NCBI GenBank assembly: GCA_034226945.1
Contig: CP120461.1
Coordinates: forward strand, 558,001-622,000
DNA length: 64,000 nucleotides
Reading direction: 5' to 3'
From: Picochlorum sp. SENEW3
Taxonomy: Eukaryota
How positions within the stretch are numbered: position 1 is the stretch's first letter; each line of letters opens with the position of its first letter. Shown one piece after another: positions 44,321 to 55,422 of the stretch. The notes beneath the pieces are model-generated. The model was not told the origin of the DNA. It did no database searches and was given only the letters and a program-made list of their open reading frames with translations. A program made the translations under genes and the position numbers.

Positions 44321-46045
44321 ATGGCTCTGGCATTGTCTACTGGTCTGCATCATTGCGCAGTCCGCAAGGGTGTGTGGCGACAAACGCCCAGAAGTCGTTA
44401 TATTTGCGCTCAATCTAGTCTTCGCGCGGATATCAGAGTAAAACTTAATCTTGCTCAAGATAATGGGAAATTAGACTTGTCAGAATGCGAGTTGGAGTCG
44501 ATCCCAGAAGAGGTCTTTGATATAGAATGTCTCACTGAATTGTCATTGGCAGGAAACAATCTATCATCTATTCCACGTGGGATTGGGAGACTGAGGAATT
44601 TAGAAAAACTACAATTGTCTGGAAATCGACTTCGGGAGGTTCCTGATGAATTATGTTTGCTGGACAATTTAGAAGGGCTTTGGTTGCATGGCAATCTGCT
44701 GGAGCAGCTTCCGTCAGATATAGGAGCGTTGCCTCATTTGAAGCAGCTCGCAATCGCTGGAAATAGGCTCACGAGTCTTCCGGAATCTATCGGTCTTTTG
44801 AACGCGCTTTCTGAATTGGTCGTTGCTGGGAATAGACTAGAAGAACTGCCAAAGTCAATAGGCACTCTTTCATCTCTTCGGAATTTGGACTTGCATGGCA
44901 ATCAACTTCGGAGTGTTTGTGACACAATTGGAATGTTAAGTTCCTTGGAGGAGTTGTGGCTACAAGGAAATAAAAATTTGGAGGGATTACCCCCGACTTT
45001 GAGGGGCTTGCATCAACTCAAGAAGATGTCTGCAGCAGACTGTTCGCTAACACAGATCCCCTCAGAGTTGGGAGAGATGCAAGAACTACAGGATTTGTCA
45101 CTGTACGGAAATAAACTCGAACGAGTTTCCGTTGATATACTGCAAGCTCCAAGGTTACGAAAAGTGTGGTTAGAAGGAAATCCTCTCCATTCTGAGAACG
45201 TGAGGGATCTTGTGCATGCTGCCAACAGGAAGATTTGCTTCCATATTGGACTGGATGATGTACAGGTAGCAATAGAAGATGTCAGGGTCGCGGACAACGA
45301 CATGAAGAATGTATTGTCAAGCCGAATATTTTCTAATTGCGTATCAGAAAGTATGGACGGCTACTGGAAGCTGGATCGACATGTAGGAGCGCACAGCTCT
45401 GTGGCAAATGCTTCACCTGTGTTGGTTGTGGCCTTTGGAAGTGCTCCAGGAGTTCCCAACTGGGGAGGCGCGATTCGACGAGTCAGAGAGAATTTCAACA
45501 ATGATTCACATGCGGAAATCAATTTTGATGTATTGTACGTTGTTGATCCTCACAGAAGTTGGTATGGTGGGGGTGACGAGAGGTACTCTCAGTACAACAA
45601 TGCCATTGAAAAGATTGCATCACAGTATCCCAAAGTGGTTTTCATCGGCGATAGCATGGGAGCAACAGCAGCATTGATGTTTGCGAAGCATGCTACTATG
45701 GTCCACTCATTCTGTCCCCAAATCGATTTAAGCAAGTCTTCAATTAGACCAGGTGAAGAGGAAGCATGGGAAGGGATTCTGAAAGAAAGAGTATTAGCTG
45801 GCATAGAGGCATGCTCTGGCGATATTCAAGTCCATGTTGGAAACTGGCACCATGATGTTCAGCAAAGCAATATTATTCCATCATCACTGGAGCACGCACG
45901 TGTCAAGATATATGGAATTGATTCTCACAGGCTTGCCATAGCACTGGACAGGGGGAACAAACTCATTCCAATTCTAGAATCGTCAATCCTGCAATGCTGT
46001 GGCGTGACGAACACAGCAAATATACGCCTCTCAAATTTCTTTTAG
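44321..46045 (+). CDS. Leucine-rich repeat protein fused to a C-terminal alpha/beta-hydrolase domain
   Basis: About 10 LxxLxLxxNxL repeats, then VVAFGSAPG and FIGDSMG (GxSxG). Confidence 0.85.
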   Translation: MALALSTGLHHCAVRKGVWRQTPRSRYICAQSSLRADIRVKLNLAQDNGKLDLSECELESIPEEVFDIECLTELSLAGNNLSSIPRGIGRLRNLEKLQLSGNRLREVPDELCLLDNLEGLWLHGNLLEQLPSDIGALPHLKQLAIAGNRLTSLPESIGLLNALSELVVAGNRLEELPKSIGTLSSLRNLDLHGNQLRSVCDTIGMLSSLEELWLQGNKNLEGLPPTLRGLHQLKKMSAADCSLTQIPSELGEMQELQDLSLYGNKLERVSVDILQAPRLRKVWLEGNPLHSENVRDLVHAANRKICFHIGLDDVQVAIEDVRVADNDMKNVLSSRIFSNCVSESMDGYWKLDRHVGAHSSVANASPVLVVAFGSAPGVPNWGGAIRRVRENFNNDSHAEINFDVLYVVDPHRSWYGGGDERYSQYNNAIEKIASQYPKVVFIGDSMGATAALMFAKHATMVHSFCPQIDLSKSSIRPGEEEAWEGILKERVLAGIEACSGDIQVHVGNWHHDVQQSNIIPSSLEHARVKIYGIDSHRLAIALDRGNKLIPILESSILQCCGVTNTANIRLSNFF

Positions 46046-46080
46046 TTCATTTGTTACAATATAGAACACCTTCTAGAATA

Positions 46081-46671
<591 letters not shown>

Positions 46672-47073
46672 TCAACCGCACTATGTACAATATTCTATGG
46701 ATTGAAAACGAAATATCCTTCTACTACGAATGAATACGAGATTTTCAGGTACGTCGACAAAAAACTGTGCTTCTTCTCCTTGTTTTTCGATGTCTGAGCG
46801 CGTATAGACAATGATTCTGTCACAGATTTCACAATTAAATTAGTTTTCCTAGATTTTGATGGGTTTACAACACGATAATAAACCGAAGACTTCCAGCCTT
46901 GGTTGATTGTCCACCGAATTTGGATTGATTGTCTCGATCGGTCCAACTACTGTTTTCATGGGATACAAAATCTCATGCCACGAGAGGAAAAATCTCCGCT
47001 TCACTCCAGATCACGCGATGAATTCACGTTATACTGTAGCACATTGTTCATTTTAAATCAAAATATAGACAAA

Positions 47074-47935
47074 ATGATGACAGCAATGAGAGTTCAGGCT
47101 GGCAGCCGCAGGGCTATCGGGCACCCATCTGCATCTGCTTCCAGAAGCAGGGCAGTCGTGGTTCGTGCTGCTGTATCTGTTCCAAGTGAGGTGGGTACAT
47201 TTATTATGATATATAGTTGATGTAATGGGAGCACGCATTTTGCCCGGAATGGGAGGGTAATTTGAGTAGTAGTAGTTTTGTGGGCAAGCCCAGCAACAGT
47301 TGTGTGGGTTGTCTACGCCCAGTGATCCACTGCGTCTGCGAACGTCCCTGACATTGCCGTATTGTTTGATTCAGATTTCAAAGGTCACACCACTTGGAGA
47401 TAGAGTAGTCGTCAAGGCTGTGATTGTCGAAGAGAAGACTTCCTCTGGAATCTTCTTGCCTTCTACCAGTCAGGCAAAGCCAAATCAGGGAGAGATTGTG
47501 TCTGCCAACGTTGAGGATGTCAAAGTCGGAGATGTGGTTGCGTACTCAAAGTATGCAGGAACTGAGGTGGAGATTAAGGGAGAGGGCCATCTGATTTTGA
47601 AGAATGACGACTTGGTTGGTGTGTTGCAAGCTGGGGCTGATGTGTCCAAGATGACGCCATTGCAGGATAGAGTGTTGATCAAAGTGGATGAGGCCTCTGA
47701 TTCAACTGCCGGAGGTCTTGTTTTGACCGATGCCAGCAAGGAGGAGCCAACCATCGGAACTGTTGTCGCAGTTGGACCAGGAATGAAGAATGCCGAGGGT
47801 GAGCTGATCGCACCAGGGTCCACTGTGGGATCTCGAGTGATGTACCAGAAGTTCAGCGGTTCTGAATTCGAAGGAAGTGATGGTGCCAAATATATAGTGG
47901 TGAAGGATGCCGACATTCTTGCCGCTGTGGCATAA
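47074..47935 (+). CDS. CPN20: Plastid chaperonin 20 (tandem GroES); intron 47191-47374
   Basis: Two GroES domains: PLGDRVVV and PLQDRVLI; YSKYAGTE. Confidence 0.93.
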
Positions 47936-47955
47936 GCATATTTAACATGTAAACG

Positions 47956-49491
47956 TCATGGTGACAAATGAGAGCGAACCCAGTGTTTTGCAGTGTCCGT
48001 GGTCTTTGAATCAGCCATATATATGACACGATCATGCAACCTACTTGCCCTTCCCTTCCAAAATTCAATCGAATGTGGCTGAATGATATACCCTCCCCAC
48101 CAGGATGGCCTTGGGATCACATCTTGGGAAGAATACTCATCCTTCACCGATTCGTATGATTTCAACAACTGCTCACTGGATTCTATGATGGACGATTGGG
48201 CGCTCGATAATGCTCCAATTTGATGCTCTCTTGGTCTGGAAGCCCAATATGCATCGCTGTCAGCAGCCGACAGTTTCTGTATTTTGCCTTCTATTCGAAC
48301 ACTCATCCCAAGTGGTTCCCAGTAGAATGTCGCAGCAACCTTTGGGTTCCCTTCAAAGTCTTTTCCCTTTCTGCTCTCATAGTTTGTATAAAAGACAAAT
48401 CCATGGTCGGAAAATCCTCTGAGCAATACAACTCGAACAGAGGGCTGTGCATCGGAATTGACACTGGCAACTGCCATGGCATTTGGTTCCTCTACATTCT
48501 TGCAGTGTTTTGCTAGCTCAAACCATTCAGCAAATTGATCCATGGGATTTTCATGCATATGAAAGTCGGTCAATGCTTCGGTCGCATACGTTTTTCGAAT
48601 GTTGGACACATCTCTACTGACATTATCCAGTTTCACACACATGGATGATCCTGGGTACTTTGGCAGCACCAATCCATATTTTTCAACTATTTCAGGAGGT
48701 ACAAATCTCCCTCCTAAATAGTGATGAGCTCCACGGAATTCCTTTGCACACATTTTTGGTGCTGTAAGACTAATCAACATGTCTGGCTGCATATTTAATC
48801 CAGATACGTCGCCCTCCTCCACATTCCATCCACTGGGTACATCAATAGAAATCACGGCAAAATTATCGCCATCCCTTCTTGCAGCTACAGCACGAGCCAT
48901 TGATGAAATAAGTCCATCAAACGGAGCACGCGGGGAGCCCTTGAATGAAAAGCCAAATAATCCATCCAACACAATGTTGGCTTGTGATATCAGGCTCGCC
49001 TCCAGGACAGTCTCCACATCAACGAATGGTATTCGAAGAGATTCTAGCTGGATCACCAGATTTCGATACAGTTCTTTGTCCGTTCTCTTTGGATAGCAGA
49101 CCTGCACATGGTATCCAAAATGATGCAAATGCCGGGCAGCAACCAGGCCGTCCCCGCCGTTATTCCCAGGCCCAACCAGAACTAGCACTCGACCATGTGT
49201 CGCAGTATTATACTCCTCGTGTATCGCACACGCGCATGACAATCCAGCCAGTTCCATGAGCTGGTCCACTGAAAACCCAAGGGGCCCCATAAGGTCTTCA
49301 TCAAGCTTCTGAGCCGGTACCTGGGCCAGATACGATATCGTTTCACTCGAAAAATTCATTGAAGAGACAGGTAATACCTTGCCGATCGTCTTGGACAGGA
49401 ATCTATGTTGTGGGTACCCTCGTTGCTGTGGTCTCGTTATTATTGCTCTGTACAGCTGAGAAGAAGATGCACGCAACAACCTAAACACCAT
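47956..49491 (-). CDS. PPOX1: NAD(P)HX epimerase (YjeF_N) - pyridoxine 5'-phosphate oxidase fusion
   Basis: LMELAG, GPGNNGGDG, DVPSGW; FYTNYESRKG, EFWKGRASRLHDR. Confidence 0.93.
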   Translation of the reverse strand: MVFRLLRASSSQLYRAIITRPQQRGYPQHRFLSKTIGKVLPVSSMNFSSETISYLAQVPAQKLDEDLMGPLGFSVDQLMELAGLSCACAIHEEYNTATHGRVLVLVGPGNNGGDGLVAARHLHHFGYHVQVCYPKRTDKELYRNLVIQLESLRIPFVDVETVLEASLISQANIVLDGLFGFSFKGSPRAPFDGLISSMARAVAARRDGDNFAVISIDVPSGWNVEEGDVSGLNMQPDMLISLTAPKMCAKEFRGAHHYLGGRFVPPEIVEKYGLVLPKYPGSSMCVKLDNVSRDVSNIRKTYATEALTDFHMHENPMDQFAEWFELAKHCKNVEEPNAMAVASVNSDAQPSVRVVLLRGFSDHGFVFYTNYESRKGKDFEGNPKVAATFYWEPLGMSVRIEGKIQKLSAADSDAYWASRPREHQIGALSSAQSSIIESSEQLLKSYESVKDEYSSQDVIPRPSWWGGYIIQPHSIEFWKGRASRLHDRVIYMADSKTTDTAKHWVRSHLSP

Positions 49492-49731
49492 TCTATGTTA
49501 CAAAAGAGATACCATATATATGATTCTATGCGCAGTAGCGAGTGTAACGTAGTAATCAGTAGTACATGGCAGAGTACCTTGAGAGCCCATGAGTCCACGT
49601 GCACGTACGTCCACGCGTGGCCCCCTGCAGGGATGGATGCGTATCAATTTCAGATCGCATGGGATCTGACAATGCAGCCACTGCATCGATGGCAAGGCAA
49701 TCAATACATAATTTAGAAGAGTTTAACGACC

Positions 49732-50664
49732 ATGACAAACACTGAGGATGAGGAGAAGGAACTCGAGGAGGTTTGCCGGCGAGAAGAGTCTCTGCGGGAG
49801 AAACGTGGAGTCTCACAGGGCATGATAGACAATGTGCGGTCTTTACTGACCGATTCTGAGAATGAAACGGCAGATGATGATATGGTTACTCGGTACTTGA
49901 ATGCTGTCAATCGGAAGGATGAAAGAAAGGCTGCCAAAAGACTGAAAGCAACACTGGAGTGGTGGAGGAAGGAGAATCCTGCTGCCATGGTGTGCTCCGC
50001 TTGCTCTGGGGACTGTGCAGAGCACTATATGCATTGTGTTTGTTATGATATTCATGGCCGACCAACGATTTATTCCTGCCTGGAGCTTGCCATCAATAAA
50101 GACATTGAAGACAATAGGATACACATGGTGTCAACATTTGAAACTGCCGTCAGCTTGATGGATGCTTCCAAAGGTATTATTTCTTGGAACTGGGTCCTCG
50201 ATATGCATGGTTTTGGTATAGTAGACTGCGATCCTCGACTTGCAAGAATCTTTCTACAAATAGCCGCAGATCATTATCCAGAACGACTTGCCGACTTTTT
50301 TATTGTTGATGCACCAAGGCTGTTCTCCAGTCTTTGGAGTGCGATCAGTCGGTTTGTGGATCCAAAAACAAAGAAGAAGATTCAATTTTTGAAGACAAAA
50401 GATACGAAAAAATTGCGGGCATCCTTTGGTAATCACTTTGATGATGACACTGTGGAGTGGCTGGTCAACGAGATCCAGGAGAATCGTGTCAAGAAAAAAG
50501 GTGAAAAGTCGTATAATTACAAAGAGCTCGCAAATGCAGTTACCAATCCTGATAATGTTGATTGGAATGGGCACTATCATTTATGTTCACCAAACTTTTT
50601 GGATGACGTGCGCAGTCTGCCAAATGGAATCCCAGAACGTCTTTATAAATTTCATTCCCAGTAA
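49732..50664 (+). CDS. CRAL-TRIO/Sec14-like lipid-binding protein
   Basis: RLKATLEWWR, DIHGRP, HYPERL, FVDPKTKKKI. Confidence 0.9.
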   Translation: MTNTEDEEKELEEVCRREESLREKRGVSQGMIDNVRSLLTDSENETADDDMVTRYLNAVNRKDERKAAKRLKATLEWWRKENPAAMVCSACSGDCAEHYMHCVCYDIHGRPTIYSCLELAINKDIEDNRIHMVSTFETAVSLMDASKGIISWNWVLDMHGFGIVDCDPRLARIFLQIAADHYPERLADFFIVDAPRLFSSLWSAISRFVDPKTKKKIQFLKTKDTKKLRASFGNHFDDDTVEWLVNEIQENRVKKKGEKSYNYKELANAVTNPDNVDWNGHYHLCSPNFLDDVRSLPNGIPERLYKFHSQ

Positions 50665-50705
50665 ATACTATTGCCTCATTGAATATTACATGATGATATT
50701 ACATG

Positions 50706-52160
50706 TCAATTTGCTTCTATTTGATGCTGATGAGATGATTCGATCTGTGATTTTTGATCTTTCCCATCTGCCTGCTGCTTTTTGTACTCCTCAACCTCCT
50801 CCCAACTCAACAACGGAATGTCAAATTCTTCAAGATCCTTCTCTCCCTTCTCCTCTAGCACGTTCTCCAAACGAGCCACCGTAGCGTCTATAGCCTGAGG
50901 GTATTGGAGCAAAAGGTCAAGTTCCGTCGCATCAAGAGTCAACAATTTATCCATAACTCCTTCTGAAATTGCAGGATGTCGCTCATGGATCCGCTTCTTC
51001 ATCCATTCATAGTAATAATAGTACTTTGGTCTCTGTTTTTTAAATTCTGGCTGCAAACGCTCCTGCTCTATATCAATCATCCTTTTTAATCCTGCATATC
51101 CGCATCCACTCTCGACAGCACGAGCATAATGCTCCGGCACCCGAGGAAGAAGCCTGGTCAGGCTTGATGCATACTGCTCCTCTGCATCGGCATTATTCTT
51201 CTCATCCTCCATAGCACGCAGTATATCAAGAACAGCATTCACATTATCTCCCTGATGCTCATAACAGTGTGATCTCAAAGCATACGCCGCCGCTCCACCG
51301 CCATATACCACTGCCACAGTCGCATCCTTCTCCCCCTGCTCATACTTCCCAGCCTGCGCATACACTGCTCCTCGAACATATGCACACGATTGCCTCAAAC
51401 CACCCGCATTCTCCCACAAAGACACCATGAGTTCCCGACACTCCCATGAAAATACAGCATCAGACTCTAACAACGCCAGCATACTTCTGGTCATCTCCTC
51501 CCGAACCATCTTTCTAGATGCTGGCACCCTCTTCAAGAGAATCCCATCTCTCGCTGACAGCGGATGTGCCACCTCACATCGACTCACCTTGTCCATCCAA
51601 TATTCCGTTATCCAACTATCAGGCATCTGGTTCTGTAACACGAGAAGAATAGCAGCACGGAGATTCTCGCCACCACATTGTTTCAAACCATCCCTATATA
51701 CATTCAGCCCTTGCACCTTGTCCCCCCTCCCAATCAAAGCCTGCGCCTTCCTATGATACACCTTTGCCATCAAACCACAATCTTGGGCTCCTTTTCCGTC
51801 CTCATCAGGATGATCATCTCCCCCAAGCACCTCCAGTGCCACGCAAGCATCCTGCAATGCCTCTTCATACATGCCCTTCTTGTAGAATGCCAAGGACCTA
51901 TTACAATACACTCGCACCATATCCTCCGCCTGGGTTTCTGTATCATCATTCTCGTTCGATACAGATACTACTAGTATGTCAGAGTACAGACGAACAGCCT
52001 CATCGACATTCCCTCCCGCCAGTGCTACAACATGGAAGAAGAAAATTAAGAGGAAGAGTAGTCAAACACCATCTGTCCAGCACTGTATCGCAAGCACATG
52101 ATATTAGTAGTAGTAATACGTACCCATATCAGCCTGTTCGCGTTGCATTGTTTTCTCCAT
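50706..52160 (-). CDS. TPR protein with a C-terminal MLLE/PABC-like domain; short first exon
   Basis: YCNRSLAFYKKGMYEEALQDA, KVYHRKAQAL TPRs; first exon MEKTMQREQADM joined by a GT-AG intron. Confidence 0.75.
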
Positions 52161-52288
52161 TGCCAATGGGTTGAAATGTAAATCCAACGTGACGAACTCT
52201 AACAGACAACAACCACCACGTCAATATATAACAACAATAATGATATATAGTTATGCTTGCAAAAAGCATCTATCGATTCAGCTAAAAA

Positions 52289-52455
52289 AGATACAAACAA
52301 GCCCTCATCCCATGGGTATGATTCTGACCAGAAGTCAACGTTGATGATGTAGCGAAAGACATCTCCGGATGAGATGAGTACTGGACCGGATCAAGGTAAT
52401 CGATAGTCTTCGATCCGGTCAATGGCATCACACCATGGGATACGTACATGTATCT
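52289..52455. ncRNA. Candidate structured non-coding element in a divergent intergenic region
   Basis: Nested inverted repeats: 52289-95/52449-55, 52307-15/52433-41, 52384-92/52412-20, 52360-65/52371-76. Confidence 0.3.
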
Positions 52456-52544
52456 GAATACATGGAGCAGGAAACCTCTTCCCTGTGATCGATGCATCAT
52501 CATCATCACAATGCACGTGGCATCAGACAAGGTTACATAAATAC

Positions 52545-53459
52545 ATGGTATTGAGAACAACGATGATCATGAGGACAGCAGTGCGTTGCATTTCAACCTC
52601 ACATGTCCTCCGTACATGTCACCGCCCTCTTGGACATTGCAGCGGTGCTCGCCACAATGGACTGAATGCCGACACTCTTCATGTAACGGTAGTAGAATCG
52701 AAAAGGATGGTGGCGACATCATCCTACTCGCGTCGTCTGACGGTCATGATGGGCCGAAAGAGTGCTAAAATTGCAAACAAAAAGGGAAAGACCGATGCGG
52801 CGAAAGCAAAGTTGTATGGTAAATTTGGAAAGCTTATAGCTCAAGAGGCTCGGTCTGGGGGCGCTGATCCCTCGTCGAATGGTAAATTGAAGGACGTGCT
52901 TGCCCAGGCAAAGAGTGCTCAGGTGCCAGCTGATATCATAGAGCGTAATCTGAAAAAGGCAGAGGACAAATCAGGTGGGGATTTCAGTGAAATGGTGTAC
53001 GAGGCATACGGGCCTGGTGGGACTGGTTTTATCATAGAAGGACTGACGGACAATGTGAACAGGACTGCGGCAGAGGTGAGAACAGCAGTGACCAAGAGTG
53101 GGGGCAAGATGGCTGATAGCGGTAGCGTGTTGTTCAATTTCTCTAGGACTGGTTTGGTCATGGTGAGTGCAGAGGAGGATGAAGATGCGACGTTCGAGGC
53201 TGCAATAGATGCTGGGGCCAGTGATGTGGAGCCGAGTGAGGAGGGATATCGTGTCCTCACGAGTCTGGAAGACTATGCATCGGTCAGTAGCGCATTGCAT
53301 GATGCAGGAATACAGATTAATGCAGAATCGTCTGGATTGGTGTATGTCCCCCTCTCAAAGGTGGAGCTGGGTGATGATGATGTTGAGGCCAATGAAACCA
53401 TGTATGACAAGATACTGGACGTGGATGATGTTGATGCCGTATTTTCCAACTATCTGTAG
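52545..53459 (+). CDS. YebC/PmpR/TACO1 family protein, organelle-targeted
   Basis: MGRKSAKIANKKG, YEAYGPGG, TDNVNRT, DVDDVDAVFSN. Confidence 0.93.
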   Translation: MVLRTTMIMRTAVRCISTSHVLRTCHRPLGHCSGARHNGLNADTLHVTVVESKRMVATSSYSRRLTVMMGRKSAKIANKKGKTDAAKAKLYGKFGKLIAQEARSGGADPSSNGKLKDVLAQAKSAQVPADIIERNLKKAEDKSGGDFSEMVYEAYGPGGTGFIIEGLTDNVNRTAAEVRTAVTKSGGKMADSGSVLFNFSRTGLVMVSAEEDEDATFEAAIDAGASDVEPSEEGYRVLTSLEDYASVSSALHDAGIQINAESSGLVYVPLSKVELGDDDVEANETMYDKILDVDDVDAVFSNYL

Positions 53460-53489
53460 TACAAATATTTCTGAACACAAGGATATGAA

Positions 53490-54008
53490 TCAGTCCTCCA
53501 AGTGTGGAATCACTTCGAGACCCTTCTCCCCCTGCTTCACTGGTGGCCAGTACACTGGCGTCACAGAGACATCATATCCCATCAAGCTAAATCCAGTATG
53601 CAAATCCATCTCCAACAGCGTCTTACCATCATAGTCCTCTGGCTTCATTTCCTTGCCATGATGGAACAACTGGACCTTGTCAGTTTCAATACCAGCCTGT
53701 TGGGCTACCGCCTTTCTGATATCCCCAATCGTCTGCTCATACTTGATCCTATATATTTAAAAAACCATTTCAGTATTACATAGATAGAGAAACCAATCGA
53801 TGCAGTGCGCCAACCCACCGTGTCTCAATCACCTGGGGCGGATGTTCCTTCCCTCTCTTTAGCGATACAAAAATCTGATTACCAGCACTCGATGCTGCAT
53901 AGCATATTCATGTTTTACATTGTTTAGAAACAATTGCAAGGTCGTATGGAGCAATGCGATGAGAGCAGAGAAAAGTCAACGCCGAGGTGAGCAACAGTCC
54001 GTACCCAT
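53490..54008 (-). CDS. 112-aa ubiquitin-like fold protein; exons 54008-54005, 53894-53819, 53748-53490; absent from the ORF track
   Basis: MASSAGNQIFVSLKRGKEHPPQVIETRIKYEQTIGDIRKAVAQQAGIETDKVQLFHHGKEMKPEDYDGKTLLEMDLHTGFSLMGYDVSVTPVYWPPVKQGEKGLEVIPHLED*; two GT-AG introns restore the frame. Confidence 0.8.
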
Positions 54009-54152
54009 GGTTGTTTGGTATGTTTTCTATCGACTGATGATTCAGAATAATCTAAAACTATGTAATACTATGTATGTATGGTTTTACATCAATACTACTA
54101 CTGGGATGAAGAGGAAGAAGAACAACAACAAGAAGAAGAGGGCCGCTCTCCA

Positions 54153-54921
54153 TCACGAACCATGGATGAATGCCTTGACCCTTCCAGAAAAATCCACCTG
54201 ATGCTGTATCCAGCTCAACAGTCCAGCATCCACGACTGTGGCACAATTGACGACCAAGAGCTGGTACGTGACAGGAACAAGAGCAAAGTTGATTGCTTGT
54301 ACTAATGGCCACATGGTGAGTTCGACAGCAAATGTGGGTACAAAATCCTTCTCCATCTTGTGTTGAACATCCCGGAAAGACCCACCTTCCATGAGCGTCA
54401 TACAGGTAAAGTATGCGCCCAGGTGGAGAGGTCCGAATACAATCGAATCTGCGAATACCTTGGCACCTATAAACACGAATGGAGATTTATGTTTGAGGAA
54501 TGCGAGGGCCAGCTCGTCCAGTTTTGTGTACCAGATATGGCCAATAGTGCCATTGAACAACCCTCCATAGAGCGATGCTGAGAGGGCTCTCCTGATATCC
54601 AAGGCATTTGATGGGACGATACCATCCATATCACTCGCGCTACTGCCATGAGTCTTCTCGCCGCGCTGCCCCTGCTGCTGCTCTACGGAGACTGCAGCTG
54701 CAGTAGAGGAGGAAGGAGACCCGTGATGCTGCGCATCATCAGATGACACCCTCTGAGCAAGAACATCCCCGATACCCCTGCATACTCGCATAATCTCATA
54801 ACATCCATTAATATACCAGGCCATTCTACCAAACGCACCACAGCACAGCACTGCTCACAATTTGTGTCGTAAATGGTCTCCTCTGAAGGTTTTTTGAATA
54901 GAACTGAATCAGACGCTGCAT
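54153..54921 (-). CDS. Mpv17/PMP22 family membrane protein, 2 exons
   Basis: RRPFTTQIVSSAVLW|GIGDVLAQ, GHIWY, WPLVQAINFALVP. Confidence 0.92.
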
Positions 54922-55422
54922 TTTATGTTCTTTTCAATGGATTTCAAATAGTAATAAGAGAAAATCGATCATCATTCATTGGAAATCATGTAATGTAATG
55001 TAAAGTACATGCTGCAGGTAGTCGCTCTATGTATATGTTCCCATGAGAAGACTAACACATTTGCCTTATTATTTTACTCCTAGAGAGTAATATAGATATA
55101 CATTTGGATTTTGATACCACGAGGTATTCCTGGCCAAGATCTCCAATGGTAAGAGATCTCCCGCGGGAGAACAGCTGCCCCGGTGCATCTGGTCACCAGA
55201 TGCAGGCAGACGGTTTGTAAACCCAATTTTGTTCAAGTGAGCGAATACCAAGGAACATGCCACACCATGGTCACCCAAGGGGTTCTGTGTAATATCATCA
55301 GAGTACCTCTTTGATAGGACCTTGATAGTTGGTACCCTATTTGCCAAATATTTCCACCCCACCCAACCGTATCGTAGGCCCTATTTGAGCGATAGGGTGG
55401 ATCAGAAATAGGCCTATTCGCC

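Noticed and set aside
47956..49491. YjeF_N-PPOX fusion as a novelty
   Set aside because: Well-described green-lineage fusion
52365..52410. TPP-riboswitch resemblance (TGAGA...ACCGGATCAAGGTAAT)
   Set aside because: Lacks the CUGAGA, ACCUG and GCG..AGGGA cores, and no thiamine gene is adjacent
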